DNA of 64,000 nt from an uncultured Bacteroidota bacterium (GTDB lineage Bacteria; Bacteroidota; Bacteroidia; Chitinophagales; Chitinophagaceae). The first letter of the stretch is position 1; each line of letters begins with the position of its first letter. The position numbers and the translations under genes are program-made. Below, piece after piece: positions 1 through 9,149 of this stretch. A model generated the notes under the pieces. The model was not told the origin of the DNA and ran no database searches. It worked only from the letters and a program-made list of their open reading frames with translations. The stretch spans positions 9,586-73,585 of the forward strand of contig CAIMDZ010000051.1 of NCBI GenBank assembly GCA_903839875.1, written 5' to 3'.

Positions 1-141
1 TCCGGCTGGGTGATAGTGACTGATATCAAAAACGTAAAGCCGATTACCGAAATGACCGCAAGTGAAGCAATGAAATTCGCGGTAAGCGGTGGTATCACAA
101 CTCTAGAAGACGGAGACGATGCACAGAAAGATAAACTTTAA
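1..141 (+). CDS. 3' end of a DUF502-family (COG2928) membrane protein, partial
   Basis: Frame 1 reads SGWVIVTDIKNVKPITEMTASEAMKFAVSGGITT...KL*. The EAMKFxVSGG ending is typical of DUF502. Overlaps the serC start. Confidence 0.7.
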   Translation, partial: SGWVIVTDIKNVKPITEMTASEAMKFAVSGGITTLEDGDDAQKDKL

Positions 142-1189
142 TGCCGGTCCCGCCGCGTTGCCGGCCGAAGTCTTGCAGCAGGCAGCTGATGCGGTCCGTG
201 AATATAACAATACCGGCCTTTCCATACTTGAGTTGCCGCACAGGGGTAGGGAGTTTGCCGCGATTGTCAGGGAAAGTAATGCCCTGGTACTGGAGTTATG
301 CGGCCTCGACGACCGTTACGAGGTGCTATGGCTACAGGGCGGAGGCAGAATGCAGTTCTGCATGGTACCCATGAATTTCCTCCCTGAAAATGGATCTGCT
401 GGATATATTGACAGTGGCCGCTGGGCGGAAGAAGCCCTTGAATACGCAACACACTATGGCGATGTGCAGGTTTTGGCTACTTCAAAGGAATCGAATTACA
501 GCCGCTTGCCTCAATGGCCAACCACAATTCCGGATCAGCTTTCCTATGTTCATTTCACCACCAACAATACCATCTTTGGTACCCAATGGCATACCGTACC
601 CCGCATTAATGTACCGATGGTAGCAGACATGAGCAGCGACATTTTTTCGCGTGTTCATGACTATTCAAAGTATGCCCTGTTTTATGCCGCCGTTCAGAAG
701 AACCTCGGCACTCCCGGCACTGCATTAGTGGTTATCCGTAAAGACATGCCGGGCAGGATTGTGCGGGAATTGCCGTCAATGCTCAGCTACAAAGCCCATG
801 CTGATGAGCATTCTATATTGAATACCGCCAATGTTTTCGGTGTTTATGTATCCCTGCTCATGCTCCGCTGGACTAAGGAAAAGGGCATAGCTGCCATAGA
901 TAAAGAGAACCGGCAAAAAGCGAAAATACTCTACGATGCTCTCGATCACAGTACCAAATTCGTTCCGCACGTACAGGAAAAGTCGCACAGAAGCATGATG
1001 AACGTTTGCTTTACAGCAATTTCACCGGATGTGGAAAAGTCCTTTCTCATTCTTTGTGAAAAAAACAATATTACCGGTATCAAAGGCCACCGCTTTGTTG
1101 GCGGGTTCAGGGTGTCGCTCTATAATGCTGTTACAGTAAGCGATGTGGAGCGGCTTGTGGAATTAATGAAAGATTTTGAAACAAATTGA
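119..1189 (+). CDS. serC: Phosphoserine aminotransferase
   Basis: NFNAGPAALP N-terminus, LQGGG-x-x-QF, VADMSSDIFSR, PLP-lysine motif YAAVQKNLG, GHRFVGGFRVSLYNA. Confidence 0.93.
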   Translation: MHRKINFNAGPAALPAEVLQQAADAVREYNNTGLSILELPHRGREFAAIVRESNALVLELCGLDDRYEVLWLQGGGRMQFCMVPMNFLPENGSAGYIDSGRWAEEALEYATHYGDVQVLATSKESNYSRLPQWPTTIPDQLSYVHFTTNNTIFGTQWHTVPRINVPMVADMSSDIFSRVHDYSKYALFYAAVQKNLGTPGTALVVIRKDMPGRIVRELPSMLSYKAHADEHSILNTANVFGVYVSLLMLRWTKEKGIAAIDKENRQKAKILYDALDHSTKFVPHVQEKSHRSMMNVCFTAISPDVEKSFLILCEKNNITGIKGHRFVGGFRVSLYNAVTVSDVERLVELMKDFETN

Positions 1190-1250
1190 TACTTTAGCAC
1201 CTGAAATAATTTAATTAAAATAAATCCCCAATTGGGCAGGAATATATTAT

Positions 1251-2492
1251 ATGGCAAAAATCACACCTTTCAGGGGCCTCAGGCCTACAAAAGAATTAGC
1301 TGCGGAAGTAGCCACATTACCCTACGATGTGGTAAGTGTGGCAGAGGCCCGCGAATTCAAAAAGTACCCCAATAATTTCTATCACGTTACCCGCTCAGAG
1401 ATAGACCTGCCGGACAATGCAGATGTACATAGCCAGCAGGTGTATGAAAGGGCGAAGGAAAACCTGGATGCAATGATGAAGGACAAAGTATTAATCCAGG
1501 ATTCTGAACCTTGCTACTATATCTATGAACTGGTGATGGAAGGCCGTTCGCAGACAGGCCTTGTTTGCGGTTCGTCCGTAGACGATTACAACAGTGGCAT
1601 TATTAAGAAACATGAGTTCACCCGTCCTGAAAAGGAACAGGACCGTATCAATCACATCACGGCTACAGGCGCGCAAACCGGCGTTGTTTTTCTTGCCTAC
1701 AATGATTGTCCCAGTGTACAGCAGATCATTGATGACTGGAAACTGGTGCATAAACCTGTATATGATTTTATGGCTGCAGACGGTGTGCGTCATACTTTAT
1801 GGGTTATTGACAACTATCCGAAAGTTGCATCTATTACCCGCCATTTCGAGCAGGACGTACCCTGCACTTATATTGCCGACGGCCACCACCGTGCAGCTTC
1901 CGCTGCCAGGGTTTGCAAAGAGATGAGGGAGAATGGCTATTCAGTGGATGGCGGAGAAGCTTTCAACTATTTTGTCACGTGCATATTCCCCGCCAGCCAG
2001 TTGCAGATCATGGATTACAACCGGGTTGTAAAAGACTTGTCTGGTAAGTTACCGGATGAATTCTTGCAGTTGCTTGAAAAAGATTTTGAAATTTCAGAAC
2101 CCGGCAGCAATGCATTCAAGCCTGCACACCCGCATGAGTTTGGTATGTATCTTGCCGGTTCATGGTATAAATTGATAGCAAAGCCCGGCACTTATACTGA
2201 AGACCCTATTGGTGTACTCGATGTTACCATACTGCAGAATAATGTGCTCGATCCTATACTCGGTATCAAAGACCAAAGGACGGATAAACGTATAGACTTT
2301 GTCGGCGGTATCCGGGGCATGGATGCCCTGCAGAAGAGGGTGGACAGCAAAGAAATGGCAGTGGCGTTTTCTTTATATCCTGTTACTATCAAGCAGTTGT
2401 TCGACATAGCAGACAGTGGCAACGTAATGCCGCCCAAAAGCACCTGGTTCGAACCAAAACTCCGGGACGGACTGGTGGTGTATATGATTTAG
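1251..2492 (+). CDS. DUF1015 family protein
   Basis: MAKITPFRG, LPYDVVS, IKKHEFTRPEKE-DR, YIADGHHR, MPPKSTWFEPKLRDGL. Confidence 0.9.
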   Translation: MAKITPFRGLRPTKELAAEVATLPYDVVSVAEAREFKKYPNNFYHVTRSEIDLPDNADVHSQQVYERAKENLDAMMKDKVLIQDSEPCYYIYELVMEGRSQTGLVCGSSVDDYNSGIIKKHEFTRPEKEQDRINHITATGAQTGVVFLAYNDCPSVQQIIDDWKLVHKPVYDFMAADGVRHTLWVIDNYPKVASITRHFEQDVPCTYIADGHHRAASAARVCKEMRENGYSVDGGEAFNYFVTCIFPASQLQIMDYNRVVKDLSGKLPDEFLQLLEKDFEISEPGSNAFKPAHPHEFGMYLAGSWYKLIAKPGTYTEDPIGVLDVTILQNNVLDPILGIKDQRTDKRIDFVGGIRGMDALQKRVDSKEMAVAFSLYPVTIKQLFDIADSGNVMPPKSTWFEPKLRDGLVVYMI

Positions 2493-2615
2493 GTAATGAG
2501 GTAATAAGTTAAAAGGTTAGTTGGTAAGCGAGAATCAAATAGCGATTATCAAAAAGTGTAGTTCGCAAATCCTATGATCTTCAAATCCAATAAATCTTAG
2601 TTCAGACAAATTTTT

Positions 2616-3593
2616 ATGGAGTATCGCAGATTAGGCAAAACAGGTTTACAGCTAAGTGTGCTATCCTACGGTTCATGGGTCACCTTTTCCAAACAGGTGG
2701 ATGACAGCGCGTCCGATATTCTTATGGGCCTGGCTTACGACAACGGCATCAACTTCTTTGATAATGCTGAGGCATACGAAGGCGGCCGCTCTGAAGAGAT
2801 GATGGGGCGTGTGCTCAGGCAAAAGAACTGGGACCGCACCTCCTATTGTATTTCCAGCAAGGCTTTCTTCGGGCTGCATGGCAAGAACAACAAACCCAAC
2901 CAGCACGGCCTCAGCCGCAAGCACCTCACCGAAGCCTGCCATGCAGCACTCAAGCGCCTGCAGGTTGACTACCTCGATCTCTTTTACTGCCACCGCGCCG
3001 ACCCAGATACTACCATCGAAGAAGTGGTGCGTACCATGAACATCCTTATTCAGCAGGGCAAGATACTCTACTGGGGCACCAGCGAATGGAGCGTTGCCGA
3101 AATAATAGAAGCGCATAGTGTGGCCAAAGAGCTTGGCTTCATTGCTCCTGTCATGGAGCAGCCGCAATACAACCTCTTTGAGCGGTATAAAATGGAGAAA
3201 GAATACCTCCCCATTTTCAAAGACACAGGCATGGGCACCACTATCTGGAGCCCCCTTGCATCCGGGCTGCTCTCCGGGAAATACAATAACGGCATACCCG
3301 CAGACTCCCGCCTGGCCATAGAAAATTACAACTGGCTTAAAGACCGCCTGATTCAGGAAGACAAACTGAACAAAGTGCGCAAGCTGGAAAAAGTAGCCAA
3401 CGAACTCAGCACCACGCTCGCTACATTATCCATAGCCTGGTGTATACACAACCCCAGCGTTACTACCGCAATCCTCGGCGCCACCAAAGAAAAACAACTC
3501 AACGAAAACCTCAAAGCGCTCGAAATCTACCCAAAACTCACCCCCGAAATAATGAAGCAAATTGATGACATTATGGGAACGAAGCCGGTGTAA
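2616..3593 (+). CDS. Aldo/keto reductase, Kv-beta-like subfamily
   Basis: MEYRRLGKTGLQLS, FFDNAEAY (catalytic D/Y), SK, FYCHR, ILYWGTSEWS, EQPQYNLF, WSPLASGLLSGKY. Confidence 0.92.
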   Translation: MEYRRLGKTGLQLSVLSYGSWVTFSKQVDDSASDILMGLAYDNGINFFDNAEAYEGGRSEEMMGRVLRQKNWDRTSYCISSKAFFGLHGKNNKPNQHGLSRKHLTEACHAALKRLQVDYLDLFYCHRADPDTTIEEVVRTMNILIQQGKILYWGTSEWSVAEIIEAHSVAKELGFIAPVMEQPQYNLFERYKMEKEYLPIFKDTGMGTTIWSPLASGLLSGKYNNGIPADSRLAIENYNWLKDRLIQEDKLNKVRKLEKVANELSTTLATLSIAWCIHNPSVTTAILGATKEKQLNENLKALEIYPKLTPEIMKQIDDIMGTKPV

Positions 3594-3713
3594 AAGTCCT
3601 GCCTGATTTTTTATTGTTGGTTCCCGGCTCAATGAGTACTATTTTGCTTTTATTTTCAGATTGATTATAGCCCTAAACTCACATATATCATTTGTTGACG
3701 TTAAATTTACAAG

Positions 3714-4118
3714 ATGAACAACCTGCTTGTAATGCTGCTTCTTCTCAGTTGCTTTCCATCCTTTGGCAAAGACCAGGATGGACATTTGAAATGTAAACAA
3801 TTCAGGACGGGGAAGTACTATGTTGACGATACCCTGGCGGGAAGGACATATATCGTACGGAACGATTCGGTCCAGATCGAAACAGGTGCGGATGACGATG
3901 TTAAAGCCGAATTCCGTGTGAGCTGGGTAAATGAATGTACCTATGTGCTCACATTTTCGAGGATACTGGAAGACCCTAAGGGAAATGCGAAAGACTGGCC
4001 TAAAGTTATCATAGTAACGGTTTCGATCACCAGTGTGGCTGCTGATTCTTACATGCAAACCTCTACTTCAAATTTATCAATGCAGGTATTTACCAACAGA
4101 GTGGTGAGAAGAAAATGA
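3714..4118 (+). CDS. Hypothetical secreted protein
   Basis: Signal-peptide-like N-terminus. CKQFRTGKY and VSWVNECTY motifs resemble a common small Bacteroidota family. Confidence 0.7.
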   Translation: MNNLLVMLLLLSCFPSFGKDQDGHLKCKQFRTGKYYVDDTLAGRTYIVRNDSVQIETGADDDVKAEFRVSWVNECTYVLTFSRILEDPKGNAKDWPKVIIVTVSITSVAADSYMQTSTSNLSMQVFTNRVVRRK

Positions 4119-4124
4119 CAACGC

Positions 4125-4173
4125 ATCCCCCTGCCCCCTTCGCCAACACACAGCCCTTACGCTAAAGGGGGAT
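4125..4173. repeat. REP-like imperfect palindrome
   Basis: Arms ATCCCCCT (4125-4132) and AGGGGGAT (4166-4173) are complementary. Lies just after the 4118 stop. Confidence 0.5.
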
Positions 4174-4765
4174 TACGTCCGAATAAGACATTTAACTTTA
4201 TATCATTTCTCAATTATAAAGAAATCATTGCCTCCCTGAAATATACGGGATTGCCCCATTTTCTCATTTTTTCAGACATAACATATTGATAATCAATAGT
4301 GGTATTGCCCTCCCGACAGTTGTCGGGATGACCCCATAGATTTTGGCTATGGGGTGCAGGGAAAGTTTTAGTGAAAAATTAATTTGCCTAAATAAACGTG
4401 AATGTTTCAATTCTCCTGTAAAAATGAAAACATTGCAATGTGATATTTTCATTTTTTTATTTGTCGAAATTATTGTGAATGTTTCAATTCTCCTGGAAGA
4501 AAAACTAAGTATAAGTAAAATATAAATTATATGTGCGTATTTAGTTCATTGATACCGCAAATGTAAGTAAGATATTTTAAATTACCAAATATAAAATCTA
4601 TGATAGTGCGGTTTTGGGTCTATGATAGAAAGTTGTTTTTGATGATAAGTGGTTGAGGAGTATTTGTTTAAGTATTATAAAGTAGCGGAAAAGCTGAAGT
4701 ATGAACTAAGACCATACCTATCGGCAGGCAGGATGGAATATTATAGGATGCGCGAGTATCCTGCA

Positions 4766-4797
4766 CGCCGTTGTTGGTGGTGACACCAACGACGGCG
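4766..4797. repeat. REP-like hairpin
   Basis: CGCCGTTGTTGGTG-GTGA-CACCAACGACGGCG, one G.T mismatch. Confidence 0.65.
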
Positions 4798-4901
4798 GGA
4801 AACCCTTTCAGGGTTCGTCCTTGTTGTTCATTTACCACGGGTTTCACCTGCGGCTATTCACGGTAAAGCCCTCCTGGCTTGCTTAAGTCAATGACATTGC
4901 C
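4796..4901 (+). repeat. Three-hairpin REP/MITE-like element, copy 1
   Basis: 102/106 identical to 7053-7158. Ends in CTTAAGTCAATGACATTGCC. Confidence 0.85.
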
Positions 4902-5049
4902 TGTGGCGCCCTGATATAGTAAATCACTTTGAGGTAGGCTTCGCCCTTCGTTCCTTAGCGCAATTAACTGCTGAAAAATTTTCCTTTGCTATATCTCGGT
5001 TTTTTATTTACTTTTATTTATTCATTCATTCACCTTTAAATCTATATAA

Positions 5050-6366
5050 ATGAAAAAGACATTTTTTACATTACTCGTATTCCTTCCTTTTATACTACAG
5101 GCACAGATGATAACTACCCTGGCAGGCAACGGTACCGCGGGATATGCCGGAGATGGCGGCCCATGCACAGCTGCTGTGTTAAACCGTCCGTACTTCATTG
5201 CTATGGATAATGCAGGTAGTATTTATTTTGCTGATGACGAGAACCAGCGGATCAGGAAAATAAATCCGTCGGGCATAATAACTACAATTGCAGGTACCGG
5301 AACCTCCGGTTATTCAGGTGATGGTATGCAGGCAACCGCTGCAATGATCAGTTATCCCTATGGTGTTGCTGTCCACCATTCAGGAACTGTGTATATAGCG
5401 GATTATGTCAATAATGTGATCAGGAAAGTAGACCCGTCAGGGATCATCAGCACCTATGCCGGTAACGGCACTATGGGATTCAGCGGAGACGGAGGCCCTG
5501 CGACATTGGCACAATTGCATAACCCCAGTGGAATAGATGTGGACACCGCCGGAAATTTATATATAGGCGATTGGGTTAACAACAGGATCAGAAAGGTAAC
5601 AGCAGGAGGTATCATCAGTACTATTGCAGGCAACGGTACCGCCGGTTACAGCGGCGATGGCGCGCAGGCAACTGACGCAATGATAAATGAAGCCCAGGAC
5701 GTAAAGGTGAACCGCGCCGGTACTATGGTTTATATAAGCGATAATCTCAACAACCGCATCAGGCTTGTAAACTCATCCGGAATTATCAGCACCATTGCCG
5801 GAACCGGGGCCGCGGGGTTTGGTGGAGATGGCGGCCCTGCAACCGCTGCAATATTAAAAAACCCGAATGGCCTTGCGGTTGATACGTTTGGCAACATTTT
5901 TATTGCTGATTTTTCCAACATGAGAGTCAGAAAAATAGATGCCTCTGGTACGATTGCCACCTTTGCGGGTAACGGCATTGCAGGCTACAGCGGCGATGGC
6001 GGTCCAGCGACTGCCGCTGAACTGACTGACCCCTTTGCAGCAGTAACCGATGGTGCGGGAAATGTTTATTTCACTGAAATGCTCAACCATACTATAAGGA
6101 AGGTACACGTTGCCGGTACCACCTGGTCAGGTATGGTAAATAACAGTGGGAGCATCACCATTTTCCCCAACCCCGCCCATAATGTATTGACCATTACTGC
6201 TACCCAAAAAATAACCAGTATAACCATTACTAACCTTTTAGGCCAGGTGATTTACAGCGCGGAAAAGAACAACGAAAAATCAGAGGTGGATGTTGCCGGA
6301 TTTCCTGCAGGCATGTACCTGGTTAAGATCAATAATCAGGAGGTAAGGAGGTTTGTAAAGGAATGA
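5050..6366 (+). CDS. NHL-repeat beta-propeller protein with T9SS type A C-terminal sorting domain
   Basis: Six repeats of AGNGTAGYSGDGGPAT-x-A-x-L-x-x-P...GNxYIAD-x-x-N-x-x-IRK. Signal peptide. C-terminal IFPNPA...GMYLVKI...FVKE. Confidence 0.9.
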   Translation: MKKTFFTLLVFLPFILQAQMITTLAGNGTAGYAGDGGPCTAAVLNRPYFIAMDNAGSIYFADDENQRIRKINPSGIITTIAGTGTSGYSGDGMQATAAMISYPYGVAVHHSGTVYIADYVNNVIRKVDPSGIISTYAGNGTMGFSGDGGPATLAQLHNPSGIDVDTAGNLYIGDWVNNRIRKVTAGGIISTIAGNGTAGYSGDGAQATDAMINEAQDVKVNRAGTMVYISDNLNNRIRLVNSSGIISTIAGTGAAGFGGDGGPATAAILKNPNGLAVDTFGNIFIADFSNMRVRKIDASGTIATFAGNGIAGYSGDGGPATAAELTDPFAAVTDGAGNVYFTEMLNHTIRKVHVAGTTWSGMVNNSGSITIFPNPAHNVLTITATQKITSITITNLLGQVIYSAEKNNEKSEVDVAGFPAGMYLVKINNQEVRRFVKE

Positions 6367-6399
6367 TGAGGATCAACCGTTTTAAGGCCGGAGATGAAA

Positions 6400-6903
6400 T
6401 CAGTTTATATTTTTACCCAAAAAATTAGTTATATAAGTATCCGGACAGTGCCACCGGGTGCCGGTAAATAAAAGACTGTCATTTCTCAGGGTAAAAGTAT
6501 AGGTAATGTTCCTGGTCTTATAGGCAAATCCTGCAGTGTCATAGTAATAACGATTTGAACTGCTTACCGCGAAAGTGCCCACAAACGGACCATTAAACTG
6601 GTACTGATCATCGCTGTTGTAAGTGGATGAAAAACTAACCAGCCCGGTTGAGGTATACTGAGCATAAACAAAGGAATAGCCGGCAATACCTCCCGGGAAA
6701 GTATAATAATCCTGTGTAACATATACCCCACCATAAAAAGTGTCCGTATGTGCTAAGTAAGTTGCCTGAACTGTTCTTCCGGTATCTGTTGTGCTGGTTT
6801 TCGAGGTAGAATCCGGTGGATTATTGGCAGGGGTTACGCTTTTATGTTTACTGCATGCGGCACAAAAAGTTAGGGAAACTAATAAGATTAAGACTACCCG
6901 CAT
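6400..6903 (-). CDS. Hypothetical lipoprotein
   Basis: Lipobox-like CAAC after a hydrophobic stretch, followed by an S/T-rich linker. Confidence 0.7.
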   Translation of the reverse strand: MRVVLILLVSLTFCAACSKHKSVTPANNPPDSTSKTSTTDTGRTVQATYLAHTDTFYGGVYVTQDYYTFPGGIAGYSFVYAQYTSTGLVSFSSTYNSDDQYQFNGPFVGTFAVSSSNRYYYDTAGFAYKTRNITYTFTLRNDSLLFTGTRWHCPDTYITNFLGKNIN

Positions 6904-7007
6904 AAAACAATTTTGATAAAGATAACGCTATTTTAATAATTTTATTATGTGTTTCAATTATATATTTTGTCATCGTTCCTAAAGCCGCGAGAAAACCCCG
7001 ACCCTAA

Positions 7008-7160
7008 AGGGCAATGTCATTGACTTAAGCTTTCTCCACACATCCGATACTACGGGAAACCCTTTCAGGGTTCGTCCTTGTTGTTAATTTACCACGGGTT
7101 TCACCCGCGGCTATTCACGGTAAAGCCTTCCGGGCTTGCTTAAGTCAATGACATTGCCCT
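7008..7160. mobile_element. 153-bp MITE-like element with 23-bp perfect terminal inverted repeats (copy 2 of the three-hairpin family)
   Basis: AGGGCAATGTCATTGACTTAAGC at 7008-7030 and its exact reverse complement at 7138-7160. No ORF inside. Confidence 0.7.
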
Positions 7161-7330
7161 AAGGGAGGTGCTACGTAATTCGCGAATTATCAGGGATATT
7201 TCAATGTGCGAGTAATTCTTCAGAATAGGTCAACGGATCAGGAGTTCCTAAAGCAAGCTAACTTTGCATTTATATTAATCATATTCCAAAACGCTGACAT
7301 AAATCATATTTTTCATCCTTCTTTCCTGCG

Positions 7331-7338
7331 TACCTTTG
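7331..7338 (+). promoter_or_regulatory. Bacteroidota housekeeping promoter -7 box
   Basis: TACCTTTG matches TAnnTTTG, 25 bp upstream of the AraC gene start. Confidence 0.55.
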
Positions 7339-7362
7339 CCCGACTACTAAATACTATTCAAA

Positions 7363-8220
7363 GTGCAAACACTAATACCAACCAAGAAGAAGTTATCCCC
7401 GCTCCAGCGGTTCCTGGGTGAGGAGGCTCGTATACTGAGCAATGAATGCGTGTCGGTAAACAACTTTATACAGGCGGAATGGATTGAAGTATGCCTTGCC
7501 GAAAACAGCATACCGGAAGATCAGGGCATGCTCTACCTGTTTCCTATAGACGATAATAAATTTTGCCTGCAGTTGTGCTACATGCAGTATGAAGAGAACA
7601 GGTCTGTGAATGCCACAGTTTGTTCGCTCCGTTTTCTGCCTGCCTTTTTCGACCAGTACCCGCCTGAAACACTGATGGAGAACCAGCCGTTCCGGTTCGA
7701 TGAGACCACCGAACAGCAGTTCCCTGTTTGTGCCAGGACGCGGATGCTGCTGGGTCAGTTGCAGCAGGGTGCGCTGCTTACATCATTTATACGTTCCTTG
7801 CAGCAGAGCGAGGCGGCTATGAGCCTTCTACGTGGCGCCCTGGAGTGTATTACAATTCCATTCACCGTATGCCAGGTGCCGGCTTGCCGTTTCCTCGCTT
7901 TCGAAACAGAGCGTGAAAAGATAATGGAAGCGCGGATTATCCTGGACCAGCAGATTGACCAGCCGCTTACCATACGCGAACTGGCCCGAAAAGTGGCGAT
8001 CAATGAATGCTACCTGAAGAAAGGTTTCAAAGCCCTGATTGGTAAAACAGTGCATGATTACCAGCAGGACCAGCGTATTAATAAGGCAAAAGATTTGTTG
8101 CAAAACCAACGACTTTCAGTGACAGAAGTTGCGAACACACTTGGGTATAGCAGTATCTCGCATTTCAGTACCGCTTTCAAGCGGGTTACAGGCATGAAGC
8201 CATGTGAGTTATTGGCATAA
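7363..8220 (+). CDS. AraC family transcriptional regulator
   Basis: C-terminal double HTH: LTIRELARKVAINECYLKKGFK...LSVTEVANTLGYSSISHFSTAFKR. GTG start. Confidence 0.92.
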   Translation: MQTLIPTKKKLSPLQRFLGEEARILSNECVSVNNFIQAEWIEVCLAENSIPEDQGMLYLFPIDDNKFCLQLCYMQYEENRSVNATVCSLRFLPAFFDQYPPETLMENQPFRFDETTEQQFPVCARTRMLLGQLQQGALLTSFIRSLQQSEAAMSLLRGALECITIPFTVCQVPACRFLAFETEREKIMEARIILDQQIDQPLTIRELARKVAINECYLKKGFKALIGKTVHDYQQDQRINKAKDLLQNQRLSVTEVANTLGYSSISHFSTAFKRVTGMKPCELLA

Positions 8221-8410
8221 TATATCGGTATTGATTAATATTTTTGATTGTACTTAATAATAATTGATTTATTTTCCGGGTAATTTTCAGATTAGAAAGT
8301 TTCAAATAACAGGTGTCGTATTGTACATTTTAATAAATTCATGAGGATTGTGCTGCAAAAAGGAACGGAATGTACTTATTTTTTGAAATTTTTAACCAAA
8401 AACTAAAATT

Positions 8411-8519
8411 TGGCTTGATTTTTGCTGCTGTATATCATACTTCTCCCTATCAGTGAAGGCCCTACCAATATTATTTTTTAGTATTGGGTTAAGAAATTGA
8501 ATTTTGGCTTGATTTTTGC
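8411..8519 (+). promoter_or_regulatory. Two identical sigma54-type -24/-12 promoter-like sites
   Basis: TTGGCTTGATTTTTGC at 8411-8426 and 8504-8519, with TGGC-N7-TTGC spacing. Confidence 0.5.
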
Positions 8520-8559
8520 CATATATTTACAGAGACTAAACGTTATGTGTGCTATTGAA

Positions 8560-8970
8560 ATGAAGAATTACTTAAAAAGATTACTGCTATTAGTTAGTTG
8601 TACACTTGTTTTATTTACGGTTAATGCGCAATCACAAAGTGGTCGTACGCCCATAGAAGATATGGTAAACGCCATGAAGAATAACCGCGTGGCCGATATG
8701 GCGAAGTATTTTGACACCTTCGTGCCTATCACTATAAATAACAACCAGACAGTATACAGCCATAACCAGGCAGAAATTGTACTCAGGGATTTCTTTGATA
8801 AGAATAACCCTGCGAATTTTGAAGCTATGGACAACGGTTCCCCTGACAATAGTTCCAAGTTCGTTATCGGCGCTTTTACTACACCTGCAGGTACCAAGTT
8901 CAGCGTGTATATCCTTATGAAGCTTAAAGGAAACTTCATACTACAGGAGATGAGGATAAATAAGGAGTAA
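8560..8970 (+). CDS. DUF4783 domain secreted protein
   Basis: Signal peptide from ATG 8560 (the track starts at TTG 8497). YSHNQAEIVLRDFF-x-KN motif. Confidence 0.8.
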   Translation: MKNYLKRLLLLVSCTLVLFTVNAQSQSGRTPIEDMVNAMKNNRVADMAKYFDTFVPITINNNQTVYSHNQAEIVLRDFFDKNNPANFEAMDNGSPDNSSKFVIGAFTTPAGTKFSVYILMKLKGNFILQEMRINKE

Positions 8971-8974
8971 GAAG

Positions 8975-9023
8975 CCTCTCCCCGAGCTACGCTCCTTCAC
9001 TTGCGTTCACTCCAAAGGAGAGG
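8975..9023. repeat. REP-like palindrome CCTCTCC...GGAGAGG
   Basis: Complementary arms at 8975-8981 and 9017-9023, immediately after a stop codon. Confidence 0.45.
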
Positions 9024-9090
9024 TGAAGTAGAATGAGCAACGTGACCTTCGTTATTTTCCAAACATTATTGTAATTGCATAAAGGCATTT

Positions 9091-9130
9091 AAAGAATCAG
9101 CCGATAAAATTGTTTAGCGGCTGATTCTTT
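9091..9130. terminator. Bidirectional intrinsic terminator
   Basis: AAAGAATCAGCCG...CGGCTGATTCTTT between convergent genes. Confidence 0.75.
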
Positions 9131-9149
9131 ATATCAATCTATGTTTTTG

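Noticed and set aside
4180-4700. AT-rich gap with short ORFs 4264-4452 and 4343-4525
   Set aside because: Overlapping short ORFs with no coding features, likely promoter or intergenic DNA.
5100-6110. Nucleotide-level repeats in the NHL gene
   Set aside because: Fully explained by the six protein-level NHL repeats.
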